Assembly (NCBI GenBank): GCA_022865265.1
Contig: JALIDO010000002.1
Span: 1 to 38,306 of the forward strand
Direction: 5' to 3'
Source of the DNA: Candidatus Nanohalarchaeota archaeon QJJ-5
GTDB taxonomy: Archaea > Nanohalarchaeota > Nanosalinia > Nanosalinales > Nanoanaerosalinaceae
Length of the DNA stretch: 38,306 nucleotides
In this document: positions 17,008-24,940 of the stretch, in pieces
How positions within the stretch are numbered: the stretch's first letter is position 1
Layout: every line of letters begins with the position of its first letter
Program-made: the position numbers and the translations under genes
The notes under the pieces: generated by a model
What the model was told of the DNA's origin: nothing
The model's database searches: none
Seen by the model: only the letters and a program-made list of their open reading frames with translations

Positions 17008-17928
17008 ATGCTGGATGGGAGCTATGAGCTTGAATGCTGGGAGATTGGGAACGGTGATCCTGTCTGTCTGTTGATCGCTGGTATTCATGGTGATGAATAT
17101 CTTTCGATGGAGATCGCAGAACATGTCAGTGACAATCTAGAGCCAGCAACAGGGACGGTACGGATTATTCCTGTGGCGAATATTTTTGCTGCCTTCCGAC
17201 GGGCCCGAGCGACACCGTGGCCTGAGTTCGATTCACACGAGAGTGAGGAGCGTAATCTGAACCGGTCCTTCGATGCTGCGAAGGCGGCTGATGATCCGCG
17301 TGAATTGAGTCTCACTGCGGCTGTTGCATACTATATTTTGAACGAGGTCGAGACGGCTGATTATGTGATCGATATGCATACGGCAAGCTGGCCGGACCGG
17401 AAACTTCCACATGGACGTATCAAGGTATCTGAAAGCTACGATAGCGATGTTGTTGATGCAATGGAGGATCTGCTCCAGTGGAGTGGGCTTGAACATGCTT
17501 TGAAGACGGATCCAGCAGAGATCGGGTCTGGTGTCTTGAGCGATATCGTGCCACAACTCGGGACGCCAGCGATAACCTTAGAGATCGGCGGGGCGGGGAA
17601 CTATCGTGAAGAGGACTGGGAGACCTACCGGACCGTGATCAGGAATCTGTTACAGGGGGTCGGTATCAAGGAGGGTGAAAGTGTGATTGGAGAACCATCA
17701 ATCTTCCATGGGCTCCGGACCGTCTATGCACCGCGGTCTGGAACACTGGAACATGTAAAAGAGCTCGGTGATTCGGTAACAAAGGGTGATGTGATTGCAC
17801 GGGTCCGTGATACAACAGGTACGATCATTGATACAGTTGAGGCACCTGTAGCAGGAGTTATCGAGGCAGTCACCCAGCGTGATGCGGTGAACAGAGGGAA
17901 CAGGGTTGCGAAGATTGCGATTGAATGA
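17008..17928 (+). CDS. Succinylglutamate desuccinylase/aspartoacylase (AstE/AspA)-family zinc hydrolase
   Basis: Track ORF 16705.. trimmed to the ATG at 17008, about 33 nt after TTTTATAC. Family motifs are present: IAGIHGDE (Zn ligands), NLNRSF, VIDMHTAS and the C-terminal barrel segment GDVIARV...APVAGVIE. Confidence 0.8.
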   Translation: MLDGSYELECWEIGNGDPVCLLIAGIHGDEYLSMEIAEHVSDNLEPATGTVRIIPVANIFAAFRRARATPWPEFDSHESEERNLNRSFDAAKAADDPRELSLTAAVAYYILNEVETADYVIDMHTASWPDRKLPHGRIKVSESYDSDVVDAMEDLLQWSGLEHALKTDPAEIGSGVLSDIVPQLGTPAITLEIGGAGNYREEDWETYRTVIRNLLQGVGIKEGESVIGEPSIFHGLRTVYAPRSGTLEHVKELGDSVTKGDVIARVRDTTGTIIDTVEAPVAGVIEAVTQRDAVNRGNRVAKIAIE

Positions 17929-17969
17929 GCTCATGGTAAAGATAAAAAAGCCGTCATGGTAACAGGGAT

Positions 17970-19019
17970 ATGACAATGCAGCTCGATTATGACTACAAGG
18001 CCTCATCATTAAAGCGTATCGAACTTTCGTCTGATGCACGGATTGAACAAAGTGGTCACAAGCCCCAGACCGGTGATGTGATCGCTGTCCGGATCACGGA
18101 ACAACGCGGGGAGTACGGAGAACTTGATCTTCCTGGCGGTGATCTCGTCGATCTCGAAGAAGGTGATGTCGTTCTTGGGTGTTTTGGTAATCGGGCTGGT
18201 GTGAAAGGCTATATCGGGACGGTTCCAGAACGGATCGAGGAAGGTGATGATGTCTTTTTCCTTGGTTCGGGAGGGATCTTTGGTGCGTACAAATCAGCGA
18301 CGAAAGAGCTTGGTCTTCCGTATCGAGCCGAATTCATCGGCTATGTATCTGATGGGGAGAATATTCTCAATATGAAGGATTTCGGTGTTCAGAGTCATGA
18401 GGATCTGGAGGAAGAACCAGTCATCGTGGCTGTGGTCGCCAGTCGTATGGATGCTGGAAAGACGACGATCGCCTCGGAGTTGATCGAAGGGTTGACAGAT
18501 GATGGCTATGCGGTTGGGTCTGTCAAGCTAACAGGATCGGCCCGTGAACGTGACCGTGTGCAGATGTATGAATCAGGATCGCAGGTATCGCTTGACTTCG
18601 TCGATGGCGGGATGCCCTCGACCGTTGATGATGCTGATCAGGTCATCGATACAGCCAAAGGGATTGTTGATGCAGCCTGGATGGAGACTGATCTCGATGT
18701 GATCGTGGCCGAGTTCGGTGCCGGGATCATCAGTAACTATAATGTGAAAGAGACACTGCAGGATCTCGATATTCGTGATCGTGTCGCCTCGGTGGTCGTT
18801 GTTTCACTGGATGTTGCCGGGGCCTATGGGGTCAAGAAGGTCTTATCAGAGATCGATTACGATCTTGATCTGGTCTCTGGCCCTATCACCGATACAACAG
18901 CTGGTGTTGAAAAGATCGAGGACACGGTCGGTGTTCCTGCATTGAATGCCTTCCGCGATGATGATGTCGAACAAGCGGTTTCTATCGTTGCTGAAAAGAT
19001 CGATTCCTTTGAAGACTAG
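17970..19019 (+). CDS. P-loop NTPase-fold protein with N-terminal beta-rich domain (DUF1611/cDPG-synthetase-like?)
   Basis: 349 aa. Walker A-like VVASRMDAGKTT is followed by KLTGSARE and DFVDGG. The family assignment is from memory of motif patterns only. Confidence 0.55.
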   Translation: MTMQLDYDYKASSLKRIELSSDARIEQSGHKPQTGDVIAVRITEQRGEYGELDLPGGDLVDLEEGDVVLGCFGNRAGVKGYIGTVPERIEEGDDVFFLGSGGIFGAYKSATKELGLPYRAEFIGYVSDGENILNMKDFGVQSHEDLEEEPVIVAVVASRMDAGKTTIASELIEGLTDDGYAVGSVKLTGSARERDRVQMYESGSQVSLDFVDGGMPSTVDDADQVIDTAKGIVDAAWMETDLDVIVAEFGAGIISNYNVKETLQDLDIRDRVASVVVVSLDVAGAYGVKKVLSEIDYDLDLVSGPITDTTAGVEKIEDTVGVPALNAFRDDDVEQAVSIVAEKIDSFED

Positions 19020-19909
19020 ATACCGCGTTCGGACTGGAACGCATGGGTCTTGCGGTAGATGAATTCCATGACTCTGTCTGCCATGTCGATCCCGACCGCT
19101 TCATCTGTAGATTCGACACCAGGTGACATGTTGATCTCACCGATATAGAAGCCATCCTCACCCTCCAGGATATCGATCCCACAGAAATCGAAGCCACACA
19201 GGCGTGCTGCTTTCCGTGATACTTCTCGCATCTCTTCTGTAGCATCGTGCTGTTGTCGTTCGCCACCGGCCGAGATATTGGATCGCCATTCGTCTTCACC
19301 GCCGACACGTTTGTAGGAGAAGGTCTCGTCTCCGAGGACGATCACTCTGATATCTTCACCTGGGTTCTCGATGTACCGCTGGAGTGAAACGTCTTGTTCG
19401 AACAATGTCAAGGTATCGATGATCGGGCTCAGGCCGGATTCGTCCTCTGCTCGCATCACGCCTTTGCCACCATAGCCGGAGATGAGTTTGATGATGACAG
19501 GATAGCCGAGTTCTTTGGCTGCTCGTTCGGTCTCTTTGGTCGAAAGCGTATATGTGGAATCAGGGACCGGGATACCGCCTTCTCCGAGGGTCTTGACGCT
19601 GTAGAATTTGTTCGAGGCAATGGTCAGCGAATCGGTCTCGAGCTGAGTGTATACATCATGTTCTTCCAGTATCTCTGGGATGTGTTCTCCATACAGGAGA
19701 TCGCTCCCAAGGAATCTGATAAAGACGGCATCGAACTCATTCAGGTTGGTGTTCCGATACATCAGGCGTGTGTCTTCTTCACCATAGACGATGCGGACAC
19801 TTTCAAGTGGAACACCGAGAACCGTATCGAAGTATTCTTTTCCTTTCTCGATGAAATGATGGTGTTGTGCAGATTTCTTGCCATAGATAACAGCACACTT
19901 AATCATCAT
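19016..19909 (-). CDS. RimK-family ATP-grasp ligase (alpha-L-glutamate ligase-like)
   Basis: Trimmed to ATGATG at 19909/19906, which overlaps the upstream TAA and is preceded by GAGGTGAT. Motifs NKFYSVKTL, GYPVIIKLISGYGGKGV, LQRYIENPGEDIRVIVLG, WRSNISAGG and CGIDIL...YIGEINMSPG. Confidence 0.85.
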   Translation of the reverse strand: MMIKCAVIYGKKSAQHHHFIEKGKEYFDTVLGVPLESVRIVYGEEDTRLMYRNTNLNEFDAVFIRFLGSDLLYGEHIPEILEEHDVYTQLETDSLTIASNKFYSVKTLGEGGIPVPDSTYTLSTKETERAAKELGYPVIIKLISGYGGKGVMRAEDESGLSPIIDTLTLFEQDVSLQRYIENPGEDIRVIVLGDETFSYKRVGGEDEWRSNISAGGERQQHDATEEMREVSRKAARLCGFDFCGIDILEGEDGFYIGEINMSPGVESTDEAVGIDMADRVMEFIYRKTHAFQSERGI

Positions 19910-20717
19910 CACCTCGCAGCATATCTGCCACTTTTCCATAGACGTTTTTGCCACTGTGTTCCTGGAAGAGATCGAGTCGTGGTTCGTTCTCGACGCCAAC
20001 GATAGTGTTGCCGATCAGTCGCACACGGCACATCTTGGTACCGATGGCCTGGGCGGTCTCGTTCACCGCTTTGCTCTGTTCTGTCGAGAGTTTGCTGTAC
20101 TGTATCTTGTCATTGTTATCGAGATGCCAGGCGTCGCCTTCGAGTTCGAGCGAGACGAGGTCGCCGTCGATATACAGGACATCATAGACATCGCCATCAA
20201 CGTATTCCTGGAGGATGATGACATTTTCCTCGTGGTTGGCCGACTGTGCGAATGAGTGAAGGTCATCGCTGTCATCGATGGTTTTCATACCGGCGCTTGT
20301 GAATTGTTCATACATCTTTGCCACGGCCGGGAACTCGATATCGTCTTCGATTTCGGTGAGTGCTTTCTCGGTCGAGAAGGCGATAGTCTGTGGGATATTA
20401 ACATCGCGTTGATGGAGTACATGGAAGAGATAATGGCGTTTCATCATCAGAAACAGCGCTGTCGAGTCCATGTTTGTCTGGATATGGTGATCCTGGATGG
20501 TCTCGAGGAATGTCTTAGCGTAGATGGCTGCCCGTGGCTCTGGATTCAGGTAGACAGCATCATACTCGGTGATCGGTGTGCCCTCGACGGCTGCTGTCGT
20601 GGTGGTGTCTTTGTGGCTGATCTTGGCATCGGCCAGTGAATAATGATCCCACTGATCGAAATGCTCGGTCAGTCCATCGACCTCGGTCTCGTTATTCGTC
20701 AGTATCAGTAAATTCAT
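19899..20717 (-). CDS. Divergent ATP-grasp-like paralog, possibly non-catalytic or specialised
   Basis: Trimmed to the ATG at 20717, giving a 26-nt overlap with the upstream gene. It retains the ATP-grasp landmarks FPAVAKM, ILQEYVDGDVYDVLYIDG and VGVENEP. It lacks the Gly-rich loop and the R..SN..GG motif. Confidence 0.6.
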   Translation of the reverse strand: MNLLILTNNETEVDGLTEHFDQWDHYSLADAKISHKDTTTTAAVEGTPITEYDAVYLNPEPRAAIYAKTFLETIQDHHIQTNMDSTALFLMMKRHYLFHVLHQRDVNIPQTIAFSTEKALTEIEDDIEFPAVAKMYEQFTSAGMKTIDDSDDLHSFAQSANHEENVIILQEYVDGDVYDVLYIDGDLVSLELEGDAWHLDNNDKIQYSKLSTEQSKAVNETAQAIGTKMCRVRLIGNTIVGVENEPRLDLFQEHSGKNVYGKVADMLRGDDD

Positions 20718-22293
20718 CGAGCTGTTTCTCACCTGTATCGTTCTTCTGGTCGGGTTTCCACACGCGGTCGACTTTTTCTTCTCGGCGCCACTGGTCGAGG
20801 AAGTCTTCGACACTGTCAGGCATGACGCTTTTCAGGATACGGCCCTTACGCATGATCTTCCGGAGTCGTACCTCGAGTGTCTTTGAGAGGCTATCGTAGT
20901 AGTTCTTGTCGGCGTAGATGAGTCCTTCCTTGATACGCCAGTATGCTGTTGTTCCTTCTGGCGCCATGATGATGTATCCGCGTTTCCGGTCTTCCCACTC
21001 CTGCATGGCATCCAGCATCTCGTCTTTGTCGACGTAATAGACACCGCCTGAGGTAGTATGGGCTGATGGATCGACGATCAGTAGTTCATCTCCCTCGACG
21101 CCCACGGACAAGACATAATGACCCGTGTTTGCCTGTGGGAACAACATCGGTTTGGCGAAGTTCGGGACAACCAGACCGCCATCGTTGAACCATGTCTTGA
21201 ACTCATCGCCGAGATCGGTGATATTGTCGTATTCGACCCACGCTGCACGGATTTCACCATCTGTCTCGTTTTCGATACCTTCGATCAGATCATCGGGCAT
21301 CACGCCTTTGCCGACTTCGGTACCGGTCACTTCTGCAAGTCGTCCTTGATCAATATCATAGCCAAACAGTGTTAGGGCCATTTCTGCTGATGCAGGGCCA
21401 CAGTATGAGGGCTCCTGAGCGACAAAGTACTTCTTGATATCTTCAAGTGTTTCGATATCGGCCTGGACGCGTTTGAACAGGACTTTCCGATCCATCAGTT
21501 CGCTGTTCGGTGTCAGCATGAAGTACCCGGAATCGGTCGAGATGGTGGTACCGAATGCGGATATGTCTCTGATCTCGCCTGTTTCGTCTTCAAACTTGAC
21601 CTTCTTCCCTGGTTTGAGGACATCTGAGCTCCTGAGATACAGGCCCGCTGCGTAGTTCCGGATCAGGTCTTTGAAGCCGAAGAAGGCCAACAGACCGATG
21701 ACTCCGATCATCCCGTATGATGCTGCGATGACAGCATTGCTCAAGATCTGGGACTGGATGCCCAGTTGAACGAGTGCAATATCGATGATGACGAGATACA
21801 GCAGTACCTTGAGTCCTTTGAACGACAGTTCCATGATCTTCGGCGAGAAGCCAAGTTCCTGGAAATACTTCTTCAGCCCCACTGTATCGATGAACCGCAT
21901 CATGAAGTTGACACTCAGGTTGATCACAAAGATACCAAGGATCACTGTCAGGATGGCCGTCATCACGATCGGTGCGTTCTCGATCACGGTCCGATAGAGA
22001 TCGCTGCTCGCTGGGGCATTCAGATACAGGAGGGCAAGACCGATAGTCGCGATGGTAAAGATATATTCGATCGGTTTGTGTGGTTGTTTATCTCTATTAC
22101 GGATTTTTTCCACGACATCCTCTGATGCGCGTCGCTGGTAGAAGTATTTGAATATTGTGCTGGCTATCCGTCCCAGTAAGAAGCCACCTGCTAGGATACC
22201 AAAGGTAACAAGTATACGGACGGGCGTTGGTTGTTCAAGAACGATGTTCAGGAATTCTGACATGGGCTGGGAGGTAAAATCCATAGACCACAC
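20692..22293 (-). CDS. MscS-like mechanosensitive channel fused to a C-terminal papain-fold (C39-like) cysteine peptidase domain
   Basis: N-terminal multi-TM region plus MscS TM3/beta-domain (FGFKDLIRNYAAGLYLRSSDVLKPGKKVKF..GEIRDISAFGTTIST). The C-terminal domain has QEPSYCGPASAEMAL (Gln and Cys), NTGHYVLSVG (His) and LLIVDPS (Asp). The start is the GTG at 22293 or the ATG at 22284. TATATAAA lies about 22 nt upstream. Confidence 0.8.
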   Translation of the reverse strand: MWSMDFTSQPMSEFLNIVLEQPTPVRILVTFGILAGGFLLGRIASTIFKYFYQRRASEDVVEKIRNRDKQPHKPIEYIFTIATIGLALLYLNAPASSDLYRTVIENAPIVMTAILTVILGIFVINLSVNFMMRFIDTVGLKKYFQELGFSPKIMELSFKGLKVLLYLVIIDIALVQLGIQSQILSNAVIAASYGMIGVIGLLAFFGFKDLIRNYAAGLYLRSSDVLKPGKKVKFEDETGEIRDISAFGTTISTDSGYFMLTPNSELMDRKVLFKRVQADIETLEDIKKYFVAQEPSYCGPASAEMALTLFGYDIDQGRLAEVTGTEVGKGVMPDDLIEGIENETDGEIRAAWVEYDNITDLGDEFKTWFNDGGLVVPNFAKPMLFPQANTGHYVLSVGVEGDELLIVDPSAHTTSGGVYYVDKDEMLDAMQEWEDRKRGYIIMAPEGTTAYWRIKEGLIYADKNYYDSLSKTLEVRLRKIMRKGRILKSVMPDSVEDFLDQWRREEKVDRVWKPDQKNDTGEKQLDEFTDTDE

Positions 22294-22362
22294 GTAGGGT
22301 TAACCTGTTCTGTTGTTTATATACCTTGTGCTTGATTCCTGTCTTCAATCGGTGCAGAAACG

Positions 22363-23571
22363 TTATTTGATCGTTCCATGGCCGATAAGGCGCCACCGTG
22401 AGCCCATTCTTCGTGAAATAGCGACCCGTTCTCCTTCTTCAACACAGACTGGTCGTTTGAGCTGGATCTTGACGGTTTCACCAGCCTGGGTCACAACACC
22501 GGATGTCTTCGCTGTGCCTATGTTGAGGAGCAATGGTTCTTTCTCTTTGATGTTCTCTACGGTCTTGTCTTCTTCGCTCCCGACGACACGGTCCATGAGT
22601 TCAACGTTCATGGTTAGTTGCTCTTCTATCGGTGGTAATTTTCCTTTCTTTCCGAGAACATTGCCTGCAAGATTGTCTGACTTTGTCATGTTCGGGTCAA
22701 GACCGGTCTCGATACCTAAGAGCCCGCCTGGTGTCCCTGTCGAGACAGAGCCGCTGCCTTGCATGATACTGCGTACTGTCGTGGTGACTACTTCCCAATC
22801 GTCGTCTTCATCATTGATACCGGGTCTGAGTTCGATCTCATCACCTTCTTCGAGTTCGCCTTCTACGAGGCTTCCACCGACAACGCCACCACTGAGATCA
22901 TCAGCCTCTGTTCCTGGCTTGTTGATGTCGAAACTACGTGCAACAAGCATGCGTGGTTCAGCGCCAGCATCACGGTCTGGTGTCGGGATTTCTTCTTCGA
23001 TGGCTTCGACGAGCTTATCGATATTGACCTCGTGCTGGGCCGAGATGGGGATGATCGGTGCGTCTTCTGCTACCGTCCCTTCGATGAATTCCTGTATCTG
23101 TTGATAATTCTGTTTTGCTTCTTCCTTCGAGACGAGATCGATCTTATTCTGTACGATGATGATGTTCTCGATCCCCACTATATTCAATGCTTCAAGATGT
23201 TCCCGTGTCTGTGGTTGTGGACAGTCTTCATTTGCCGAGACGAGAAGCAAAGCACCGTCCATGATGCTTGCACCGGAGAGTACATTGGCCATCAGTGTCT
23301 CGTGGCCTGGTGCATCGACGAGTGATACTGCACGTGCTGGGCTCGTCTCTCCACCACAGTCACATGTTTCAGAAACAGTATAGGTATCACAGTCGTCACA
23401 CTGCCGGATGACGATATCAGCATACCCGAGGCGGATCGTGATGCCTCGTTTTAGTTCTTCTGAATGTTCATCTGTCCACTTACCGGACAGTGCACGTGTC
23501 AATGTCGTCTTCCCGTGGTCAACGTGGCCTACAAGCCCTATATTGGCTTCCGGGATCAGCGATTCACTCAC
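22363..23571 (-). CDS. eif2g: Translation initiation factor aIF2 gamma subunit
   Basis: GTPase G1 ([10 protein letters not shown]), DAPGHE, NKID and a zinc knuckle (CDDC...CDCGG). Confidence 0.95.
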   Translation of the reverse strand: MSESLIPEANIGLVGHVDHGKTTLTRALSGKWTDEHSEELKRGITIRLGYADIVIRQCDDCDTYTVSETCDCGGETSPARAVSLVDAPGHETLMANVLSGASIMDGALLLVSANEDCPQPQTREHLEALNIVGIENIIIVQNKIDLVSKEEAKQNYQQIQEFIEGTVAEDAPIIPISAQHEVNIDKLVEAIEEEIPTPDRDAGAEPRMLVARSFDINKPGTEADDLSGGVVGGSLVEGELEEGDEIELRPGINDEDDDWEVVTTTVRSIMQGSGSVSTGTPGGLLGIETGLDPNMTKSDNLAGNVLGKKGKLPPIEEQLTMNVELMDRVVGSEEDKTVENIKEKEPLLLNIGTAKTSGVVTQAGETVKIQLKRPVCVEEGERVAISRRMGSRWRLIGHGTIK

Positions 23572-23945
23572 GCTTCATCCTCTTCGAGGAGGGCTTCGAT
23601 CGTTTCGGAACCGGATTCAACGACTTGACAGTTCAACTGCACGATTTCCTCGGACACCGTGTTACCACGAACCGATTTCCTGGTACGTTCACCATCTTCC
23701 AGGTTTCTGGCACCAGTCCCTTCGGAAAGAAGGACTTTTTTCCGACCGGTTCCCTGGATTTGTCGTTTCATCGGGAAGCCTTCACTATCACTCCCTCCTG
23801 TCACAGCCAGCGTATAGCCGTCAAGGCCTACGACAGACCCATCGAATTCGTCACCGATCTGGCGTCCGTTGAGGGTTTGTGCTGTATCGTCATCGACCTC
23901 GATTGAGGCCGTCGTTCCATCTTCCTGTCCGATTACGAGTTGCAT
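23568..23945 (-). CDS. rps6e: 30S ribosomal protein S6e (eS6)
   Basis: [12 protein letters not shown] and the [11 protein letters not shown] motif typical of S6e. 4-nt overlap with the downstream aIF2-gamma gene. Confidence 0.9.
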   Translation of the reverse strand: MQLVIGQEDGTTASIEVDDDTAQTLNGRQIGDEFDGSVVGLDGYTLAVTGGSDSEGFPMKRQIQGTGRKKVLLSEGTGARNLEDGERTRKSVRGNTVSEEIVQLNCQVVESGSETIEALLEEDEA

Positions 23946-24076
23946 TGGTCATCACCGCGCTCAGTACTTGATTCCCAGAGCGTGGTTATAGAATGAGGTC
24001 TAAGGTTTAAAAGGATGTGATCGATCTGCGGTGCTGGTGGCACCTACCTTAAAGTATCAACTGGTCCCATGGCAGG

Positions 24077-24934
24077 ATGATGGCACAGGTCGGTGAGATA
24101 CTTGATTCAGCATGGGCAGCGATGAGTGAATACATGCAGGTCTCGAATCTTACTCAAGGAGAGGTAACCTCGGCTGTCATCATAATCGTTGTTGGGCTGA
24201 TCGGGGGCCGGATCGTTGCTCAGGTGGTCCGACGGCTTCTCAAGATGACAGCATTGGATGACCTCGCTGTCAAGGCCGATATCCAGCAGCTCCTGCGGAA
24301 ATTGGATTATTCGGGATCGCTTTCTGACCTGTTAGCCGATATCACCAAGTATATCATCTATCTCTTTGTCCTGTTTGCCCTATTCACGATGCTTGAGGTG
24401 CAGTTCCTCAGTCAGCAGCTCCAGTCGTTGTTCACCTATCTGCCTCGGTTGTTCATCGCATTGTTGGCTGTCATCATCGGGTCGATCATTTCCTCACATG
24501 TTGGAAGTATCACGATGAAGATATTCCGTGCTGGGCCGATGTCACAGCGAATCGATGAATCTGAAGCCTCATTGCCAGCATATCGTCTTGTTGGTGGCGG
24601 TGTCAAATTCATCGGGTATATCGCAACAATATTGATCGCCCTAGCAATCCTTGGAATCAACAGGATCGTGATCTATATGTTGCTTGCGATATTCATGACT
24701 GGCTTGACGGTACTGGTCATTATCGGGATGAAAGACGTGGTCCGTAATGTAGCGGTATCGATCTACTTCCAGCTCTCACGGACTGTCTCGGCAGGGGACA
24801 CGATCGAGACGGAGGAGTGTTCTGGGGAGATTATTCGTATAACACCGTTATACACTGTCATCAATGATAGTGGTGAGCATTTCTACGTACCGAATACCGC
24901 CCTTATTTCAAACACGATGCGGCATGAATCATAG
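24077..24934 (+). CDS. MscS-like mechanosensitive channel, minimal form without peptidase domain
   Basis: Same architecture as the N-terminal 280 aa of ORF 20692-22293 (GMKDVVRNVAVSIYFQLSRTVSAGDTIETEECSGEIIRITPLYTVIN). It ends directly after the beta-domain. Confidence 0.75.
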   Translation: MMAQVGEILDSAWAAMSEYMQVSNLTQGEVTSAVIIIVVGLIGGRIVAQVVRRLLKMTALDDLAVKADIQQLLRKLDYSGSLSDLLADITKYIIYLFVLFALFTMLEVQFLSQQLQSLFTYLPRLFIALLAVIIGSIISSHVGSITMKIFRAGPMSQRIDESEASLPAYRLVGGGVKFIGYIATILIALAILGINRIVIYMLLAIFMTGLTVLVIIGMKDVVRNVAVSIYFQLSRTVSAGDTIETEECSGEIIRITPLYTVINDSGEHFYVPNTALISNTMRHES

Positions 24935-24940
24935 GTACCG

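Noticed and set aside
13133-20813. Long N-terminal extensions of track ORFs (13133-13807, 15939-16592, 16705-17928, 19016-19999, 19899-20813, and also 4832-5458).
   Set aside because: The extensions overlap upstream genes and have non-protein-like composition. They disappear when the start is moved to an internal ATG with proper SD, TATA or stop-start coupling. They are open-frame read-through, not real coding sequence or fusions.
17008-22293. Graspetide/microviridin-type RiPP cluster (two ATP-grasp enzymes plus a C39-like peptidase on a membrane protein).
   Set aside because: All genes in the operon overlap or abut, so there is no space for a precursor-peptide ORF, and none is visible in the flanking spacers. 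I kept it only as an alternative hypothesis to test genome-wide.
23568-23945. The nearby S6e (C-terminus ...LLEEDEA) might be the substrate of the RimK-like ligase, by analogy with E. coli RimK and S6.
   Set aside because: E. coli RimK modifies bacterial bS6, which is unrelated to archaeal eS6. Acidic C-termini are ubiquitous in this proteome, so proximity is not evidence.
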